DNA of 64,000 nucleotides from Candidatus Cloacimonadota bacterium (GTDB lineage Bacteria > Cloacimonadota > Cloacimonadia > Cloacimonadales > TCS61), in assembly GCA_021736135.1 (NCBI GenBank), contig JAIPGO010000007.1, positions 2,589 to 66,588 of the forward strand, read 5' to 3'. Under the pieces are notes generated by a model. That model did no database searches and was not told the origin of the DNA. It saw only the letters and a program-made list of their open reading frames with translations. The position numbers and the translations under genes are program-made. Shown here piece after piece: positions 58,835 to 64,000 of the stretch (positions are counted from its first letter, which is position 1; each line of letters starts with the position of its first letter).

Positions 58835-61669
58835 ATGAAAAAAAACATCATTATCAAAGGTGCACATGAGCACAATCTCAAGCATATTGACCTTACTCTC
58901 CCCCGCGACAGTTTCATCGTCTTTACCGGGGTAAGCGGTTCCGGTAAATCTTCTCTGGCTTTTGACACACTTTACGCAGAAGGACAGCGCCGTTACGTGG
59001 AATCTCTTTCTTCTTATGCTCGTCAATTCCTGGGACAGATGGAAAAACCTAAACTCGATTATATCGAAGGGCTTTCCCCGGCTATTTCCATTGAGCAGAA
59101 GGCTGCCAGTAAGAATCCACGCTCCACCGTGGGAACTGTGACAGAAATTTACGATTATCTGCGCGTGCTTTTTGCCCGTACCGGGATTCAGCATTGTTAC
59201 TCCTGCGGAGATGTCGTTGGTTCTCAAACAATCGACCAGATAGTAAATACTATTTTGCGAAATCCCGAAAATACTCGGTTGCAGATTCTTGCCCCTCTGG
59301 TGATCAACCGGAAAGGCGAACATAAGGATGAACTGGAGGCAGCACGCAGTAATGGCTTTACCCGTGTAAAAATAAACGGTATCGTGCATGAACTATCGGA
59401 AGACATTATCCTGGATAAAAAGAGTAAACACAATATTGATATCGTGGTTGACCGGTTGGTTATCAAGGATGACATAAAAAGCAGGTTGACGGATTCTGTG
59501 GAAACCGCTCTGCGTTTAACAGAAGGTAACGTAAAAATTGATTACGTGGACAGCGGTGAGGAAATTCTGCTTTCCGAAAGCAATACCTGCAGCAAATGTG
59601 GTATCAGCTATCCGGAACTCACCCCGCAGCATTTTTCCTTTAATAGTCCTATAGGTATGTGTCCTGCCTGCAATGGCCTGGGAACCCGCGTGGAATTTGA
59701 CCCCGAAAAGATCATTACTGCACCGGAGCTTTCCTTGATGCAGGGAGCCTGCAAACCCTGGGGCGCTATGAATAAAAAACCTAAAAGCTGGACCCTGCGG
59801 ATTTTAAAAACCGTGGCTGAAAATCATGGCTTTGATCTGCATACACCCTGGCAGGAATATCCGGAAAAGGTGAAGGACATCCTGCTTTACGGTGGTAAAA
59901 AAAAGAAATTCCTCGTGAGATGGGATGCCCCCGGCGGCAGTCACGGAGAGCTTAATATCAAGTATGAAGGCTTGATACCTACTCTGAACCGGCGCATGAC
60001 CGAAACTAAATCCGAAGGCGCAAGACGCTATTATATGCAATATATTTCTGATAAGCCCTGCTATACCTGCGAAGGTAAAAAATTGCGGCCCGAAAGCCTG
60101 AGTGTGCTTATTAATCAGAAAAATATCAATGATCTCACCTCTCTTTCCATTTCCGCCTGTAAGAAATTCTTCGATGAACTGGAACTGGATGGCAATCGCA
60201 AACTCATCGCAGAAGAAATACTCAAGGAGATAAGCAACCGGCTCAGTTTTCTGGAAAATGTAGGTCTGCATTATCTTACGCTGGATAGAGCTGCACCCTC
60301 ACTTTCCGGCGGTGAAGCCCAGCGCATTCGCCTGGCTTCCCAGATCGGCAGCAGCCTGGTGGGCGTAATGTATATTTTAGACGAACCCAGCATCGGTCTG
60401 CATCAAAGAGATAACCGCAAACTTCTAAATATGCTGCTGCACTTGCGTGACATAGGTAATACCGTCATCGTGGTTGAGCATGATGAAGAAATAATGCTGA
60501 ATGCTGATCAGATCGTGGATTTCGGCCCTAAAGCCGGAGTCCTGGGTGGTGAAATCATCTTTCAGGGCACTATTAAACAAATGCTCAAAGATAAAACTTC
60601 ACTTACGGGACAGTATCTCTCTCACCAGCTTGAAATCCCGCAACCCGCTCAAAGAAGGAAGATTGATAACCGTAAACTCAAGGTCTTTGGCGCGACCCAG
60701 AATAATCTGAAAAATATTGATGTGGAAATTCCGGTAGGCATTTTAACCTGCGTAACCGGTGTCTCCGGTTCCGGTAAAAGCTCGCTCATCAATCAGTTGC
60801 TCTATCCGGCAATTGCCAATCAATTGCACCGTTCCGAAAGACAGGAAGGTAAATATGACCGGATTGAAGGCATAGACCATTTTGATAAGATCATAGATAT
60901 CGACCAGCAACCTATCGGCAGAACGCCACGCTCAAATCCGGCTACTTATATCAAGCTCTTTGATCCCATCAGAAACCTCTTTGCCGAATTACCGGCTGCT
61001 AAGATCAAAGGCTATAAAGCCGGCAGATTTTCCTTCAACGTCAAAGGCGGACGCTGCGAAGCCTGCCAGGGCGCCGGAGTTAAACAGATAGAAATGCACT
61101 TTCTGCCCGATATCTTCGTGACCTGCGAAGTCTGTAAAGGTAAACGCTATAACAAAGAAACACTCACCGTACGCTTTAAAGGCTATAACATTACTGATGT
61201 GCTCGATCTTGACGTGCAGCAGGCCCTGGAAGTTTTCCGCAATGTGCCAGGTATTTCCCGTAAACTGCAAACCCTGATGGACGTCGGGCTGGATTATATT
61301 AAACTCGGGCAGCCATCCAATACTCTTTCCGGTGGAGAAGCCCAGCGTATCAAACTGGCACGGGAACTAAGCAAAACCAGTACCGGTAATACGCTTTACA
61401 TACTGGACGAACCCACTACCGGTCTGCATTTTGATGACATCAAAAAACTGCTGACCGTTCTGCAGAGACTCGTGGATATGGGTAATACCATCATCGTTAT
61501 TGAACATAATCTTGACGTGATCAAATGCGCCGATCATATCATAGATCTGGGACCGGAAGGTGGAAATGAAGGCGGCTATGTCATCGCGCAGGGAACCCCG
61601 GAAGAAATTATTAATAATAAAGATTCCTGTACCGGTGAATTTCTTAAATCGCATCTTATTAAGAGGTAA
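58835..61669 (+). CDS. uvrA: excinuclease ABC subunit A
   Basis: GAHEHNLK, 2x [20 protein letters not shown], zinc fingers, [11 protein letters not shown]. Confidence 0.98.
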   Translation: MKKNIIIKGAHEHNLKHIDLTLPRDSFIVFTGVSGSGKSSLAFDTLYAEGQRRYVESLSSYARQFLGQMEKPKLDYIEGLSPAISIEQKAASKNPRSTVGTVTEIYDYLRVLFARTGIQHCYSCGDVVGSQTIDQIVNTILRNPENTRLQILAPLVINRKGEHKDELEAARSNGFTRVKINGIVHELSEDIILDKKSKHNIDIVVDRLVIKDDIKSRLTDSVETALRLTEGNVKIDYVDSGEEILLSESNTCSKCGISYPELTPQHFSFNSPIGMCPACNGLGTRVEFDPEKIITAPELSLMQGACKPWGAMNKKPKSWTLRILKTVAENHGFDLHTPWQEYPEKVKDILLYGGKKKKFLVRWDAPGGSHGELNIKYEGLIPTLNRRMTETKSEGARRYYMQYISDKPCYTCEGKKLRPESLSVLINQKNINDLTSLSISACKKFFDELELDGNRKLIAEEILKEISNRLSFLENVGLHYLTLDRAAPSLSGGEAQRIRLASQIGSSLVGVMYILDEPSIGLHQRDNRKLLNMLLHLRDIGNTVIVVEHDEEIMLNADQIVDFGPKAGVLGGEIIFQGTIKQMLKDKTSLTGQYLSHQLEIPQPAQRRKIDNRKLKVFGATQNNLKNIDVEIPVGILTCVTGVSGSGKSSLINQLLYPAIANQLHRSERQEGKYDRIEGIDHFDKIIDIDQQPIGRTPRSNPATYIKLFDPIRNLFAELPAAKIKGYKAGRFSFNVKGGRCEACQGAGVKQIEMHFLPDIFVTCEVCKGKRYNKETLTVRFKGYNITDVLDLDVQQALEVFRNVPGISRKLQTLMDVGLDYIKLGQPSNTLSGGEAQRIKLARELSKTSTGNTLYILDEPTTGLHFDDIKKLLTVLQRLVDMGNTIIVIEHNLDVIKCADHIIDLGPEGGNEGGYVIAQGTPEEIINNKDSCTGEFLKSHLIKR

Positions 61670-61671
61670 CC

Positions 61672-62481
61672 ATGGATTATAAAGAAATTATTGAAAACGT
61701 CCAGCGAAGCGGCGACTTATCGGAATTTGCAGAAATATTTGAAAGTTTCCTGACTGACTTGGAAAACGGCACCATTCGTGCAGCCTGGCAAACTGCAACA
61801 GGCTGGAAAACCTGCACCTGGGTCAAAAAAGGAATACTCATCGGCTTTAAACTCGGCACGATTATTGAATATAAAGTATCCGCAAATAAATCATACCTCG
61901 ATAAAAGCACTTTCCCGGAAAGAAATTTCACTACTGCCGACCAGATACGCATTGTTCCCGGAGGCACCAGCATCAGACGTGGTGCTCATCTCGGAAAATC
62001 CATCATCATCATGCCACCATCTTATATAAACGTGGGAGCTTACGTTGATGACGGCTCACTCATAGATTCCCACGCCTTAGTGGGCACCTGCGCCCAGATC
62101 GGCAAAAATGTCCATCTCTCCGCAGCAGCCCAGATCGGTGGCGTAATCGAACCCGTCGGCGCTAATCCCGTTATCATTGAAGATAACGTCTTCATCGGCG
62201 GCAATTGCGGTATTTATGAAGGTGTGATCGTGAAAAAGAATGCCATCATCGCTGCCGGAGTAATCCTCACAGCCGGCACTCCGGTCTATGACGCCGTTAA
62301 TGACAAGTTTCTACCCAAAATAACTGGCAAAGCAGTGATCATCCCTGAAAATGCCGTCATAGTCTCCGGCTCCCGACTCCTAAAAAGTAATAATAATTTC
62401 TCCATATATTGCCCCATCATCATAAAATACCGCGACGAAAAAAGCGATACTTCCGTAGAGCTGGAATCAATTATCAGATAA
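61672..62481 (+). CDS. dapD: 2,3,4,5-tetrahydropyridine-2,6-dicarboxylate N-succinyltransferase
   Basis: [42 protein letters not shown]. Confidence 0.93.
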   Translation: MDYKEIIENVQRSGDLSEFAEIFESFLTDLENGTIRAAWQTATGWKTCTWVKKGILIGFKLGTIIEYKVSANKSYLDKSTFPERNFTTADQIRIVPGGTSIRRGAHLGKSIIIMPPSYINVGAYVDDGSLIDSHALVGTCAQIGKNVHLSAAAQIGGVIEPVGANPVIIEDNVFIGGNCGIYEGVIVKKNAIIAAGVILTAGTPVYDAVNDKFLPKITGKAVIIPENAVIVSGSRLLKSNNNFSIYCPIIIKYRDEKSDTSVELESIIR

Positions 62482-62484
62482 GTT

Positions 62485-63047
62485 GAACTTGCACCGCTAA
62501 CGGTACTCCGGAAGTGGGGCGAGAGCAACGACTACTCACCTCCTGTCGAACAGAAAATTAACCTGGCTTGACTTTCACCAGCTTAAGATACCCCGGAAAA
62601 CGCTTTCTACTTCTTAAATCTGATCTTCCTGGCTGTTATAGATAGCTATATGTTAGAAATGTTACCAAATGTTACCAGAATGTTACCTCATAACTATAAA
62701 CTATTATGTCAGTTACAGCAAAAAGTAACATTTCTGCCCTTTTTTGAAGATATATACCCCTATTTTTAACTTTTTTTAAAAGTTACCATTCACTGACTTC
62801 AATTTTACATTCGGAGTAATCGAATACATACCCATTATTTTAATTTTTTAAAAAAGCAGTCTTTGAAAAATTTGAGTTATGGCTTATTGTAAAATCAAGG
62901 GCATTTTAATATCTTTGAGGTCAGGTGTTCTAAGTAGAACTTGCACCGCTAACGGTACTCCGGAAGTGGGGCGAGAGCAACGACCAATCACCTCCAATCG
63001 AACAGAAAATTAACCTGGCTTGACTTTCACCAGCTAAAGGTACACCA
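62485..63047 (+). repeat. two ~110-bp direct repeats (~62485-62593 and ~62937-63046)
   Basis: gaacttgcaccgctaacggtactccggaagtggggcgagagcaacgac...gaacagaaaattaacctggcttgactttcaccagct occurs twice with few substitutions. Confidence 0.92.
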
Positions 63048-63127
63048 CTTCATAACGCACCAAATGGTCGTATCATAAAAAATCGAGTGGACGTTCACCA
63101 AAGTGCAACCTGGGGAATGAACACGAC

Positions 63128-63588
63128 CTTTCCACCCCAATCTCCCAACCTAATCTCTCGCCTGAAGCTCGATGCATTTTGTAGATTAATCTTCCCAGAT
63201 TAATCTCTTTTAAGAATCAAACTGGGAAGTTTGATCTACATTTTAACTAAATTCCCCGTAAAAATAAGACCTTCCCTCCCCAATCTCCCAGCCCAACTTC
63301 TCGCCCGACGGCTCAATACATTATGTAGATTAATCTTTCCAGATTAATCTCTTACAAGAATCAAACTGGAAAGTTTGATCTGCGCTTTAACTATATCCTT
63401 CGAAAATAGTTAAGTCCTGCCACATAATATATGCCCAGTTCTGGTGTAGATTAATCTTTCCAGATTAATCTCTTTCAAGAATCAAACTGGAAAGTTTGAT
63501 CTACATTTTAACTAAATTCCCCGTAAAAATAAGACCTTCCCTCCCCAATCTCCCAGCCCAACTTCTCGCCCGACGGCTCGATGCATTA
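63128..63588. repeat. tandem REPIN/BIME-like array: three 61-bp GTAG-bounded palindromes (63180-63240, 63324-63384, 63445-63505) with a repeated linker
   Basis: tGTAGattaatct-N4-agattaatc...aatcaaact-N4-agtttgatCTACa; linker 63241-63323 recurs at 63506-63588. Confidence 0.9.
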
Positions 63589-63595
63589 GCGGGAG

Positions 63596-64000
63596 CTAAT
63601 GCACTCCAAAAGTTGTCTGCAATTCCTCCTGGCTCAAGCCATAATTTCCTTCTCCTGCTGCAGCTATCAAATCTCCCAGAGTTTCTATTCCCGGTAGCCA
63701 GTTTTCCGGGCTTAGTTGCAACAGATCAAAGCCCAGTTCTGCGGCTGCTTTAAATAGTATACGCGTCCATAACTGCACAAACCAGAATACTTTATCATTT
63801 TCAGGATAATGAGCATGGTACCAGTTCTGATGATATTGCTTCCAGACTTCCCGAAATTCAGGGCTTACAGCTTTCCAGCACTCCGTAATATGCGGATATA
63901 CGGCGCAGAAATACTGCGACTGCGCATTCCCGGAATTATTGACATACCGCCGGGAATACATTACAGCCGGATCTCTGCTTTTTACGAGAACCATTACATC
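63596..64000 (-). CDS. hypothetical protein, 5' end possibly outside the window
   Basis: Open frame of at least 132 aa that runs to the window edge, with natural composition (YSRRYV...W...W..Y). Confidence 0.65.
   Translation of the reverse strand, partial: DVMVLVKSRDPAVMYSRRYVNNSGNAQSQYFCAVYPHITECWKAVSPEFREVWKQYHQNWYHAHYPENDKVFWFVQLWTRILFKAAAELGFDLLQLSPENWLPGIETLGDLIAAAGEGNYGLSQEELQTTFGVH

Noticed and set aside
54479-59389. long antisense ORFs (54479-55339, 58808-59389 and similar)
   Set aside because: They are shadows of clpX, uvrA and other conserved genes.
62494-62641. integron attC site (cgctaac...gttatag)
   Set aside because: The ends do not fit RYYYAAC/GTTRRRY, inner pairing is poor, copy 2 lacks the right half, and there is no cassette ORF or integrase.
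63180-63505. CRISPR array
   Set aside because: Repeats are 61 bp, spacers are unequal (83 and 60 bp), one spacer is itself repeated, and there are no cas genes in the window.
63496-63753. 85-aa + strand ORF
   Set aside because: It starts inside the repeat array and overlaps the more plausible minus-strand gene.

Overview
AT-rich bacterial chromosomal window. The NPFNPETTI-type C-terminal sorting domain and the gene content suggest an FCB-group organism, possibly Cloacimonadota (inference). 0-21.5 kb: an NtrC-family response regulator, a sensor kinase with FG-GAP-like motifs, a readable sigma54 promoter with tandem enhancer palindromes, a small probably frameshifted secreted gene, and a 5215-aa modular surface protein (P-domain, CARDB, Vps62-like, BACON, PKD, 5x LamG, 2x FGE-sulfatase/CLec, Ig-like, T9SS-type CTD). 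21.8-32.1 kb and 43.5-62.5 kb are mostly housekeeping (PBP1A, GT2, RicT-like, rlmN, antiporter, Mrp, YitT, pgeF, asnS, tRNA-Leu, tig-clpP-clpX, DUF2723, uvrA, dapD). 33.2-43.5 kb is an operon-like array of six paralogous ~550-aa exported modules that I do not recognise, arranged A-B-C-[B'C' fused]-A' and carrying single-base frameshifts. Intergenic DNA is rich in REP/REPIN-like palindromes, a dispersed repeat family and 7-/9-mer micro-arrays. Best leads: the unknown paralog array, DGR-like variable-region signatures and Ser-Arg loop motifs in the giant protein, its sigma54 control, and a PBP1A tail packed with D-S-[LIV] O-glycosylation sequons. All domain calls come from motif recognition by eye, not from database searches.
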